DNA of 14,061 nt from an uncultured Opitutia bacterium. GTDB taxonomy: Bacteria; Verrucomicrobiota; Verrucomicrobiia; Opitutales; Opitutaceae. The notes beneath the pieces were generated by a model. The model saw nothing but the letters and a program-made list of their open reading frames with translations. It was not told where the DNA came from and searched no databases. Positions 1 through 7,125 of the stretch are shown one piece after another; the stretch's first letter is position 1, and the number at the start of each line of letters is the position of its first letter. The position numbers and the translations under genes are program-made. The stretch lies in NCBI GenBank assembly GCA_903877135.1, contig CAIRCN010000061.1, forward strand, positions 1 through 14,061, given 5' to 3'.

Positions 1-1
1 C

Positions 2-1249
2 ACGGGGCCCCGCGGCATCTGGCTCGGCGTCGTCAACGAGAGCACCAACCCTGCCGCCCAGAAACTGGTCGACGCCCTGAAGGCCGAAAAAGCCTTCGAC
101 GTCCGCACCACCTTCACCAAGCCCGACCAGACCACGCGCCCGCTCACCGAGGCGGACGTCCGCGCCCAGATCCACGAGCGCCAGCTCCGCTTCGCCGTGG
201 TCATTCCCAAGGACCTCATCCCCGAGGCCGGCATCGGCCTGCACCTAAAAATCCTCTCCGACCCGCGCAGCGACATCGAGACCCAGACTGTCAACGGCCT
301 CCTGCAAAAGACGATTTTCTCCAACGTCCCCGAGCTGCTCGGCCAGTCGCTACAGGCGCGCGCCAAGAGCTTCCTCGGCGTAGGCCGGCTCAACGAGTTC
401 AACCGTTCAATCGCCGGCGCCGTGGCGGGCGCCTTCGGGGGAGACCCGAACGCGATCCAGCGCCGCATCGCCGCCGGCGATTTCGGCTTGAGCCGCCTCG
501 ATTCGCTGCCGAAACCCGCCGACCCCACCCTCCGTCGCCTCGACGCACCCGCCGCCTCGGCCACGGAGAAGAAAGCGACCGAGGACTTCTTTTCCAAGAT
601 CGTGAAAATCGACAACGAACAGGTGGTCGGCAAGGAAGTGAAAAGCCCCGCCGCCACGCGCGTCGTCGGCGGCTGGGCGATGATGTTCCTGCTCTTCGCC
701 CTCAGCGGCTCCTCCGCGGCGTTCTTCGACGAGAAAAACGCCGGTATCTTCCAGCGTCTGCTCTCCGCGCCGGTGCGCCGCTCGCAATTGCTGTGGAGCC
801 GCTTCATCTACGGCATCGCGCTCGGGCTCGTGCAACTCACCACGCTGTTTGTCGCGGGCCGCCTCATGTATGGCATCGATGTCTTCGGCCATTTCGGCAA
901 TCTCCTCATCGTCTGCACCGCCGCGGCGGCCGCCTGCACCGCCTTCGGCATGCTGATCGCCGCCGTTTCGCCCAACGCCCAGGCCGCCAACGGCCTCTCC
1001 ACCTTCCTCGTGCTGACGATGAGCGCCTGCGGCGGCGCGTGGTTCCCCATCAGCTTCATGCCCGAGTTCATGCAGTCGCTGGCGAAGTTCACTCTTGTCT
1101 ATTGGGCAATGGAAGGTTTCGCCCAGGTGCTGTGGGCCGGCAACTCGCTGCTCGAACTTCTCCCCACCGTCGGGATTCTCGCCGGCATCGCCGCCGGGGT
1201 CATGGCCATCGCCATCTGGCGGCTGAACCACAGCAAGATCTTTGAGTGA
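2..1249 (+). CDS. ABC-2 family transporter permease (5' end lies outside window)
   Basis: The frame is open from the window edge (codons from nt 2) to TGA at 1247-1249. The C-terminal half has about six hydrophobic membrane spans (MMFLLFALSG, IYGIALGLVQLTTLFV, LIVCTAAAAACTAFGMLIAAV, TFLVLTMSACGGAWFP, ILAGIAAGVMAIAIW) after a large soluble N-terminal domain, which is the YhhJ/YadH-like ABC-2 permease architecture. The antisense ORF 407-1231 is a GC-rich shadow frame. Confidence 0.7.
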   Translation, partial: TGPRGIWLGVVNESTNPAAQKLVDALKAEKAFDVRTTFTKPDQTTRPLTEADVRAQIHERQLRFAVVIPKDLIPEAGIGLHLKILSDPRSDIETQTVNGLLQKTIFSNVPELLGQSLQARAKSFLGVGRLNEFNRSIAGAVAGAFGGDPNAIQRRIAAGDFGLSRLDSLPKPADPTLRRLDAPAASATEKKATEDFFSKIVKIDNEQVVGKEVKSPAATRVVGGWAMMFLLFALSGSSAAFFDEKNAGIFQRLLSAPVRRSQLLWSRFIYGIALGLVQLTTLFVAGRLMYGIDVFGHFGNLLIVCTAAAAACTAFGMLIAAVSPNAQAANGLSTFLVLTMSACGGAWFPISFMPEFMQSLAKFTLVYWAMEGFAQVLWAGNSLLELLPTVGILAGIAAGVMAIAIWRLNHSKIFE

Positions 1250-1294
1250 GTTTTGCCTTTGCGCCGGTGCGGCTTTGCGTGAGATTCAGCCCGC

Positions 1295-2569
1295 ATGTCC
1301 GCCGACCTCGTTGAACTCGTCACGTCTCTCGCCCGGCGCTCCCGCACCGCGGCGCTCGTGCTCGCGACCGCCCCGACCGTCGCCAAGGATGCCGCGCTGG
1401 ACAAACTCGCCGCGCTAATCGATGCCTCGCATTTCGAACTGCTGGGCGCCAACCAGCAGGACCTCCTCAGCCCTGAGGCCCAGGCTCTCACCCAGGCGGG
1501 GCGCGATCGCCTTGAACTTAATGCGTCCCGACTGCGCCACCTCGCCGAGTCCGTCCGCGCGGTCATCGCTCTCCCCGACCCCGTCGGCGACGTGTTGGAG
1601 GATTTCACACGCCCCAACGGCCTGCGCATTCGTAAGCTCCGCGTGCCTATCGGCGTCATCGGGATCATCTACGAATCGCGCCCCAATGTGACCATCGACT
1701 GCGCCGCGCTTTGCCTGAAGAGCGGCAACGCCTGCATCCTCCGCGGCGGCAAGGAGTGTTTCCACACCAACACCGCCCTGGCCGCCCTGATCTCCCAAGC
1801 ACTCGCCGCCACCGGCCTGCCGGTCGACGCCGTGCAACTCGTCCCCACGACGGACCGCACCGCGCTGACCACGCTCCTGAAGCTCAACACGCTCATCCAC
1901 TGCCTCATCCCGCGCGGCGGCGAGAGCCTTATTCGCTTCGTGGCGGAAAACAGCACTATTCCGGTCATCAAGCACTACAAGGGCGTGTGCTTCGTCTACG
2001 TCGATGCCGCCGCCGATCTTGCCATGGCCGAGACCATAACGCTCAACGCGAAGGTCCAGCGCCCCAGCGCCTGCAACGCCGCCGAGCAACTCCTCGTCCA
2101 CCGCAGTGTGGCCGAGAATTTTCTTCCTTCCGTCTCGCGCCGCCTCCGCGCCAACAACGTCGAGCTCCGTTGCGACGCCGCCAGCGCGGCGATCCTCGCC
2201 CGGCACGGCCTCGCGCATACGTCGGCCACTGCCGCTGACTATACGGCAGAGTTTCTGGACTACATCATCGCCGTGCGCGTCGTCGACTCCCTCGTCGAGG
2301 CCATTGCCACGATCAATCGCGACAGCTCCAACCACAGCGACGCGATCGTGACCGCCGATGAACCGGCCGCGCGCCGGTTCCTCGCCGAGATCGACAGCGC
2401 GACAGTTTACTGGAACGCGAGCACGCGTTTCTCCGACGGGTTCGAGTTTGGCTTCGGCGCTGAGATCGGCATAAGCACCGACCGCCTCCACGCCCGCGGC
2501 CCGATGGGCCTGCGCGAACTCTGTTCGCACAAGTTCGTGATTGAAGGAACCGGCCAGATCCGTGCCTGA
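1295..2569 (+). CDS. proA: gamma-glutamyl phosphate reductase (glutamate-5-semialdehyde dehydrogenase)
   Basis: The 424-aa product carries hallmark ProA motifs: IGVIGIIYESRPNVTIDCAALCLKSGNACILRGGKE, a catalytic Cys region (RPSACNAAE), and the typical C-terminus (FVIEGTGQIRA). The start is ATG at 1295. The antisense 1415-2530 ORF is a shadow frame. Confidence 0.9.
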   Translation: MSADLVELVTSLARRSRTAALVLATAPTVAKDAALDKLAALIDASHFELLGANQQDLLSPEAQALTQAGRDRLELNASRLRHLAESVRAVIALPDPVGDVLEDFTRPNGLRIRKLRVPIGVIGIIYESRPNVTIDCAALCLKSGNACILRGGKECFHTNTALAALISQALAATGLPVDAVQLVPTTDRTALTTLLKLNTLIHCLIPRGGESLIRFVAENSTIPVIKHYKGVCFVYVDAAADLAMAETITLNAKVQRPSACNAAEQLLVHRSVAENFLPSVSRRLRANNVELRCDAASAAILARHGLAHTSATAADYTAEFLDYIIAVRVVDSLVEAIATINRDSSNHSDAIVTADEPAARRFLAEIDSATVYWNASTRFSDGFEFGFGAEIGISTDRLHARGPMGLRELCSHKFVIEGTGQIRA

Positions 2570-2581
2570 CTCAGCAACACC

Positions 2582-2740
2582 ATGCGTTCACGTTGCGTTC
2601 GTGCTTTATCGCTCGCCCTTTGCTCCCTACTCGGGCTCGCCGTTCTCTCCGGTTGTTCCACCTTTCGTGGTTGGGTCGGGGCGGGCACAGGTGAACCCGC
2701 GCGAGCCGGTGCCAGCGTCAGCATCCCGCTGGGCAAGTAG
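2582..2740 (+). CDS. small lipoprotein, entericidin-like (52 aa; not in supplied ORF track)
   Basis: ATG at 2582 sits 13 nt after the proA stop. The product is MRSRCVRALSLALCSLLGLAVLSGC/STFRGWVGAGTGEPARAGASVSIPLGK. It has a textbook lipoprotein signal peptide with an L-S-G-C lipobox, followed by a short Gly/Ala-rich mature peptide reminiscent of EcnA/EcnB (C-N-T-x-R-G-x-G). Its short length makes it uncertain. Confidence 0.3.
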   Translation: MRSRCVRALSLALCSLLGLAVLSGCSTFRGWVGAGTGEPARAGASVSIPLGK

Positions 2741-2875
2741 CCGCCCAAGGCGTCGGCGAGTCGCGGATGAAAGCGAACCCGCTCCTGCCGTGGTCGCACG
2801 CCGGATAATCCGCAATGTTGGGTCGCCCCGCGCTTTTCCCTTGATTAGCCGCGGCGTTGAACCCATGTCTGTGCC

Positions 2876-2910
2876 CCTTCGGCCGCAAGATAGGTCGGAG
2901 GTTCTTTTCC
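2876..2910 (+). terminator. Rho-independent terminator candidate closing the proA transcription unit
   Basis: ccttcggcc (2876-2884) pairs with ggtcggagg (2893-2901) as a 9-bp stem with 2 G-U pairs, an 8-nt loop gcaagata, then ttcttttcc (2902-2910). Confidence 0.45.
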
Positions 2911-2970
2911 ACCCGTGGTGCCAGTTGCGCATGCGGCCGACCCAAGTGGTATAAGAACCAGAGATGGAAT

Positions 2971-3017
2971 CGGGGCGTAGCTTAGCCTGATAGAGCGCTA
3001 CGTTAGGTACGTAGAGG
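2971..3017 (+). pseudogene. tRNA-Pro-like 5' fragment (acceptor 5' strand + D-arm + anticodon arm; T-arm and 3' acceptor absent)
   Basis: The sequence is CGGGGCG TA GCTT AGCCTGATA GAGC G CTACG TTAGGTA CGTAG AGG. It reproduces the bacterial tRNA-Pro 5' consensus (CGGGGCGTAGCGCAGCCTGGTAGCGC...) with a proper D-stem and a 5-bp anticodon stem. The loop is degenerate (AGG instead of NGG), and downstream is AT-rich with no TTCGA T-loop or complementary acceptor strand. Confidence 0.4.
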
Positions 3018-3175
3018 AGCTATTTTGGAACTAGTTTGTAATACGTTACTTGCTAAACTGGAAAATAGAAACCTTGAACTAAATAGGTAAAATGCTTGAA
3101 GTGAGAGCCCGATTTTTCTCCAAAGAGCGATCTATCCCGCCGGACTTGGCCCCCGCCCTAGAAGAGCAAAAGTCC

Positions 3176-3204
3176 TTGACTAGCGAGCTGTATTTCATAA
3201 TAAT
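3176..3204 (+). promoter_or_regulatory. sigma70-like promoter candidate for the AAA+ ATPase gene
   Basis: TTGACT (3176-3181), a 17-nt spacer, then AATAAT (3199-3204), embedded in an AT-rich block. The predicted TSS falls at ~3210-3212, right at the GTG(3213) start, which would make the mRNA leaderless or shift the start to TTG 3231. Confidence 0.3.
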
Positions 3205-3212
3205 ACAAGACT

Positions 3213-4418
3213 GTGCTATTACGAAATACATTGATCGAGGTCCTGAGGGACCAGCATCCGCCGATAACTCACGGCCAGGAGATTGCCCGGTCCGTCGCCC
3301 ACCGGCTGCCGGCGGGTGATTCCCTGCATGCCTTGGTCCTGACCGGGGTCCGCCGGTGCGGGAAAAGTATCCTCCAGGCCCAGCTCATGCGCCCCCGCCT
3401 CGGTGCCCTTTACCTCAATATTGAGGACACGCGGCTCTACGGGATGGGGCCGGAGGACTTCCCCGCGCTCTTGGAGGTCATGGGTGAACTCGTGGGCACG
3501 GGCCCCATCTTTTTGGACGAGATACAGGAGCTCCCGGAGTGGCAGCGGCTGGTGCGGACCCTCCTCGACCGTGGGCACCGCCTCTGCGTCACCGGCTCCA
3601 ATGCCTCGCTCCTCGGTCGGGAGCTGGGCGCCAAGCTGACGGGCCGGCACCAGTCCTTCGAGGTGTTTCCTTTTTCCTACACCGAATACCTCGCCTTCAC
3701 GCCGGAAGCCAGGGGAGCCGCCAGTCTCAGCGCTTACCTCGACCACGGCGGCTTCCCGGGTTACCTGCGGGAACGCGATCCGCAGCTCCTCCAGCAGCTC
3801 CTGCGGGACATCGTCGAGCGCGACATCGCCCAGCGGCATCACCTGCGCGAGGCGCGCCATGTGATGAACCTGGTCCTCTTCCTCCTCGCGAACACGGGCC
3901 AGCCCCTGTCGTTCCAGCGCCTCACCAAGGCGCTCGCGATCCCGACCGTCTCGCAGACGTCCCGTTACCTCGAATTTTTGCAGGACGCCTACCTCCTCTT
4001 CGCGCTCCCGAAGTTCAGCCCGTCCTTCCGCCAGCGGGTGGTGGCGCCGAACAAATACTACGCCATCGACAATGGGCTCCGCCGGGTGAATTCGCCGAAC
4101 CTCACCCCCGATGTCGGCCACCGCCTGGAAAACGCCGTGTTTCTCTCGCTCCGGCAGCGGGGCCTGAAACCGGCCTACGCCGGAGAGCGGGACGCCTGGG
4201 AATGTGACTTTGTCACGGACGAATGGGCGATTCAGGTGTGCGCCGAGCTGACTCCCTTCAATCGCGCCCGGGAGCTGGAGGGCCTGCGCCAGGCCTGCGC
4301 CCTGCCCGGAACACGCCAGGGTCTCATCGTCACCCTGGAACAGCGGGATCAAGTCGTGGTCGACAATAGGCCGGTCAACGTTGTGCCGGCCTGGGACTGG
4401 CTGGACACGCCCGTCTGA
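3213..4418 (+). CDS. COG1373-type AAA+ ATPase (AAA_14 N-domain + DUF4143 C-domain)
   Basis: Walker A LTGVRRCGKS and Walker B IFLDEIQE are present. The C-terminal module matches DUF4143 (ENAVFLSL..., ECDFV..., terminal VVPAWDWL, as in family members ending ..iPaWefLL). No ATG precedes the P-loop, so the start is GTG 3213 or TTG 3231. The first ~10 codons lie in AT-rich DNA. The antisense ORF 3219-4352 is a shadow frame. Confidence 0.8.
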   Translation: MLLRNTLIEVLRDQHPPITHGQEIARSVAHRLPAGDSLHALVLTGVRRCGKSILQAQLMRPRLGALYLNIEDTRLYGMGPEDFPALLEVMGELVGTGPIFLDEIQELPEWQRLVRTLLDRGHRLCVTGSNASLLGRELGAKLTGRHQSFEVFPFSYTEYLAFTPEARGAASLSAYLDHGGFPGYLRERDPQLLQQLLRDIVERDIAQRHHLREARHVMNLVLFLLANTGQPLSFQRLTKALAIPTVSQTSRYLEFLQDAYLLFALPKFSPSFRQRVVAPNKYYAIDNGLRRVNSPNLTPDVGHRLENAVFLSLRQRGLKPAYAGERDAWECDFVTDEWAIQVCAELTPFNRARELEGLRQACALPGTRQGLIVTLEQRDQVVVDNRPVNVVPAWDWLDTPV

Positions 4419-4666
4419 CGAGTCTTCCGGGCTGCCTCCTTGGCCGCCTTCTTCATCCGCTTATACTCGGCGTTGAACTTTTCAACCGCGTCCATTTGCG
4501 TCGTCGGAGCGGAGCAGCCGGGATGCGCTTGGACGGCGACAGGGTCAAAGACCAGTCGGCGCCCTACTCTGCGATACGGGATATTGTTGGTTTTGACCCG
4601 GCGATAGACGCTTGCCTTGCTCCGCATCCCCGACGGCAGGGTCGGCACGGAGTTCCCGGGTGCCAA
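4349..4666 (-). CDS. excisionase/AlpA-family HTH DNA-binding protein (HTH_17-like)
   Basis: The segment SKASVYRRVKTNNIPYRRVGRRLVFDPVAV matches the excisionase-family signature (..StvYrlirrGelPavkiGrRwrf..) and is followed by a basic Lys/Ala-rich tail. The true start is possibly internal (MRSKAS, ATG 4625-4627). Its 3' end overlaps the convergent ATPase gene by 70 nt and its 5' end overlaps ORF 4545-4889 in another frame. Confidence 0.45.
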   Translation of the reverse strand: MAPGNSVPTLPSGMRSKASVYRRVKTNNIPYRRVGRRLVFDPVAVQAHPGCSAPTTQMDAVEKFNAEYKRMKKAAKEAARKTRQTGVSSQSQAGTTLTGLLSTTT

Positions 4667-4889
4667 CCTCCTTCGAGAGGGCGACGGCCGTTTTCTGGAG
4701 CTCAGCCGCGATGGCCTGGGCCACGAGTTGCGGGAATTGGGCGACGGCCGCCCGCAAACTGGTCACCTCGGCAAGCAATTGCACCAACCATTCCGGCTCG
4801 CCGGGGTTCGATCCTGCCGACTTGGCCACGCCGTTCCCGCGAGGAATAGTCCGGTCGGCGGGAAGGGCGATGAGTCGGTCAGATTGCAT
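4545..4889 (-). CDS. hypothetical protein; possibly the N-terminal portion of a frameshifted gene continuing into the HTH ORF
   Basis: ATG at 4889 (plus-strand cat 4887-4889). The product is helical and Ala/Leu/Gln-rich (EWLVQLLAEVTSLRAAVAQFPQLVAQAIAAELQK). My hand count gives codon GC1/2/3 of ~75/48/73%, which is a coding signal that is only moderate. It overlaps the HTH ORF by 122 nt. Confidence 0.3.
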   Translation of the reverse strand: MQSDRLIALPADRTIPRGNGVAKSAGSNPGEPEWLVQLLAEVTSLRAAVAQFPQLVAQAIAAELQKTAVALSKEVGTRELRADPAVGDAEQGKRLSPGQNQQYPVSQSRAPTGL

Positions 4890-5410
4890 GGCGGCGCCAG
4901 TTCATACCATATCGAATAGTGATTGCCGCGAATTTCACGGCGGCCCGCCACCGGCGGTAATGATCCGGTGGCCAGGCACCCGCCCCGGGAGTGCAGGGCG
5001 GGCGGGAAAAGCTGCCGGGGCTTGGGCGGAGGGGGCGTCGTTCTTCGCCCGCGCCAGCTCCGGCTGTCCGGTCGCATCTACTTCGTCTACAAGCATAACC
5101 GTCAAGACGTCCAGGGCGGGCGTCTCGTGGGTGGCCATAGGCTGGGGCGCGTTGGTCACGGGGGTCGAAATCCTAACACCGCACGGGGGCAATCCAGCTG
5201 GGCACCTTCGAACGGAGGGGGCGGACGCCGCTCGATCTGAACGAAGAGCCTTATGCGCCATCGTCGTATCGCCTCGCGGCGGAGCACCTCGCGGGCGAAA
5301 AGGCTTCCGGCCACCAACTCAATCAGCATCGGCAAATCCTGCTCCTCGTTGACCTGCTCCTCACAGCGGCCAGTGACCGGAACTGCTTCGCGGCCTGCCG
5401 CTGGTCGCTC

Positions 5411-5707
5411 GTGACCTGGCTCGTGCAGACGCGGAACCTGAGGGACCTCAGGAAGGCGCAGAAGGCGGCCTACCGCCAACGCCAGCCCATCGAAGTGCGG
5501 CTGCACGAACGCAAGCATGTCCGCCTCGAGGAGCAGCGCCGGAAGATTGCGGCGCAACGGAAGCTCCGCCTGCCGACGGCCGCCCTGGAGGACGAACTGG
5601 CGGTCATCAAGGACCAGTATTCGACCGCGTTTTTCCTCACCGAGCAGTTCGGGGTGATGGAGCGGTCGGCCCTCTATCGCGACTGCCTGAAATTCCGCTG
5701 GACCTAG
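5411..5707 (+). CDS. hypothetical basic protein (98 aa from GTG); coding signal continues upstream to 5177 without a start codon
   Basis: GC3 is ~85% and GC2 ~47% in this frame across 5177-5707, versus ~75% at codon position 1, so this is the true coding strand and the antisense ORF 5156-5791 is a shadow. The first ATG/GTG/TTG after the in-frame TAA (5174-5176) is GTG 5411. I do not recognise the product (RKAQKAAYRQRQPIEVRLHERKHVRLEEQRRK...ALYRDCLKFRWT). Confidence 0.45.
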   Translation: MTWLVQTRNLRDLRKAQKAAYRQRQPIEVRLHERKHVRLEEQRRKIAAQRKLRLPTAALEDELAVIKDQYSTAFFLTEQFGVMERSALYRDCLKFRWT

Positions 5708-5918
5708 CCGTCGGCTGGTCGGTCGGCGCTGCCAAGCCGGAAATTCGAGCATCCTCTCCCCGTCAGCCGAGTTGCGTTGCGGGTAGCACAACGTCGCCGT
5801 GCAACCGAATTCTCTGCTCCAATCGTCCTCGCTGGCACTTTTCCCCTACCTCCGTATGCACTGCTAGGAAAGTGCCGCCGGATAGTTGTGCGCCCCGGGT
5901 TCGCCCAGCTAGCGGAGG

Positions 5919-6857
5919 TTATTTTCTTTGGGGATCGACGCCAACGGTGGCCGGACTGGCGACAGGTTCACCTACCGGCAGAGCGCCGACCAAAGGCAGG
6001 CCAGTCGCCCCGAGCGGAAGATAGACGCGTTGCGCCGTCTTGAGGTTTTCGATGGCCTGATACTGGAGCAGGGCCGGGGTAATGGACGCGCTAAGGATCC
6101 GGTTGGCCTCGGCCCGCTTGGTCGCCACCGCGAGGGCGCGCTCGCCCTCGGCTTCACCATTGGCCTTCTCGATATCCTTGTTCTTGTTCGCGATGTTGAG
6201 TTCGGTTTTCTTGCGCTGCTCCTCTTGAGTCTTAGCCACCTTCAGCGCGATTTGTTCCAGGACGCTCACCGGCGGGTTGGCGTTGCCGATGACGACCTGG
6301 AGCACCTCGAAAGGAGTATTCTTCAGGCGCGCAGCCAGGGCGTCCTCGATGTCCTTGCCCATGACCGCCAGATTATCGGGCACGCTGAGGCCGTCATACT
6401 TGGCGAACTCCTCGCGCACGAGCGTCCGGAACGGTTCCTTGATGTAGTTCTCGTAGGCGATCCTGGCGGTCTGATCCGCCGAGTGGGACTCATCCAGCCC
6501 GCCGAACTTTTCCATGTAGAGCCGGACGTTCTCATCACCGGGCCGCTGGCGCCAGAGGATATGGGCGTTGCCTGTGATCGCCAGTTTATCCTTGGCAATG
6601 AGCACCGACGTGCCGTCAAAGTTCTCGGGATACGACCACGGCGTCAGACTGACCAGGTCGCCGTAAAGCCGCCAGGAGAGCCCGGTCGAACTCGGGCCGG
6701 TCAACACGCTCCGAAACGTGGTGCTGCCAAAGATCGGGCGCTCGACGACATAGGCGGCGTATCCAGCCGGAGCCTGCACGTTGTGGGCATTGGACGACCA
6801 CACGGCGGCGACGAGTCCGAGGAGGACGACAAACACCGCAAGGGAAAGAGATTTCAT
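5919..6857 (-). CDS. SPFH/band-7 (prohibitin/HflC-like) domain membrane protein
   Basis: The 312-aa product has an N-terminal signal/TM segment (MKSLSLAVFVVLLGLVAAVW), an SPFH core (YVVERPIFG..., VIGNANPPVSVLEQIALK) and a C-terminal coiled coil (EEQRKKTELNIANKNKDIEKANGEAEGERALAVATKRAEANRI). The overlapping plus-strand ORF 5928-6872 is low-complexity shadow. Confidence 0.85.
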   Translation of the reverse strand: MKSLSLAVFVVLLGLVAAVWSSNAHNVQAPAGYAAYVVERPIFGSTTFRSVLTGPSSTGLSWRLYGDLVSLTPWSYPENFDGTSVLIAKDKLAITGNAHILWRQRPGDENVRLYMEKFGGLDESHSADQTARIAYENYIKEPFRTLVREEFAKYDGLSVPDNLAVMGKDIEDALAARLKNTPFEVLQVVIGNANPPVSVLEQIALKVAKTQEEQRKKTELNIANKNKDIEKANGEAEGERALAVATKRAEANRILSASITPALLQYQAIENLKTAQRVYLPLGATGLPLVGALPVGEPVASPATVGVDPQRK

Positions 6858-7125
6858 TGGAGGAGTAATTGAGGGATCGGTCCCGATGGTTAACGAAGAC
6901 TACATTTCCGCTCACCCAGAATTGATAACGACACCCGCTGCAGCTCACCAGCGATTTCTGTCCATGCTTTCCAACATTGGCATGAAGACCGTGCCACACT
7001 TCGTGTTACGCCGAGATGGTTTTTGGGCTATGCGACGATTTCATAACACCGCAGGGGGCGTTTTCCGGTCGGCGGTGGCGACCACCGGGCGCGCCCGCCT
7101 GTGGCGCAGTCGAAAGCCAGCCCAG

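Noticed and set aside
407-1231. 274-aa minus-strand ORF inside the ABC permease gene
   Set aside because: Gly/Arg/Ala-rich low-complexity translation, typical antisense shadow of a high-GC gene. The plus strand carries the convincing membrane protein.
1415-2530. 371-aa minus-strand ORF antisense to proA (and nested ORFs 1099-1668, 1711-2238)
   Set aside because: Lies fully inside a gene with unmistakable ProA motifs. Its composition is typical of high-GC shadow frames.
3219-4352. 377-aa minus-strand ORF antisense to the AAA+ ATPase
   Set aside because: The plus strand has Walker A/B and DUF4143 motifs. The antisense product has no motifs and the usual Arg/Gly/Pro-rich shadow composition.
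4612-5352. 246-aa plus-strand ORF (and 4923-5240, 4935-5261 ORFs)
   Set aside because: Hand-computed third-position GC is only ~65-70% in all frames over 4920-5170, with no periodicity and Pro/Arg/Gly-rich translations. I treat 4890-5176 as non-coding or decayed.
5156-5791. 211-aa minus-strand ORF
   Set aside because: Its codon third positions coincide with position 1 of the plus-strand frame, which has the much stronger GC3 signal. It is a shadow of the 5177-5707 coding frame.
5928-6872. 314-aa plus-strand ORF overlapping the SPFH gene
   Set aside because: The minus strand encodes a clear SPFH domain with signal peptide and coiled coil. The plus ORF is low-complexity.
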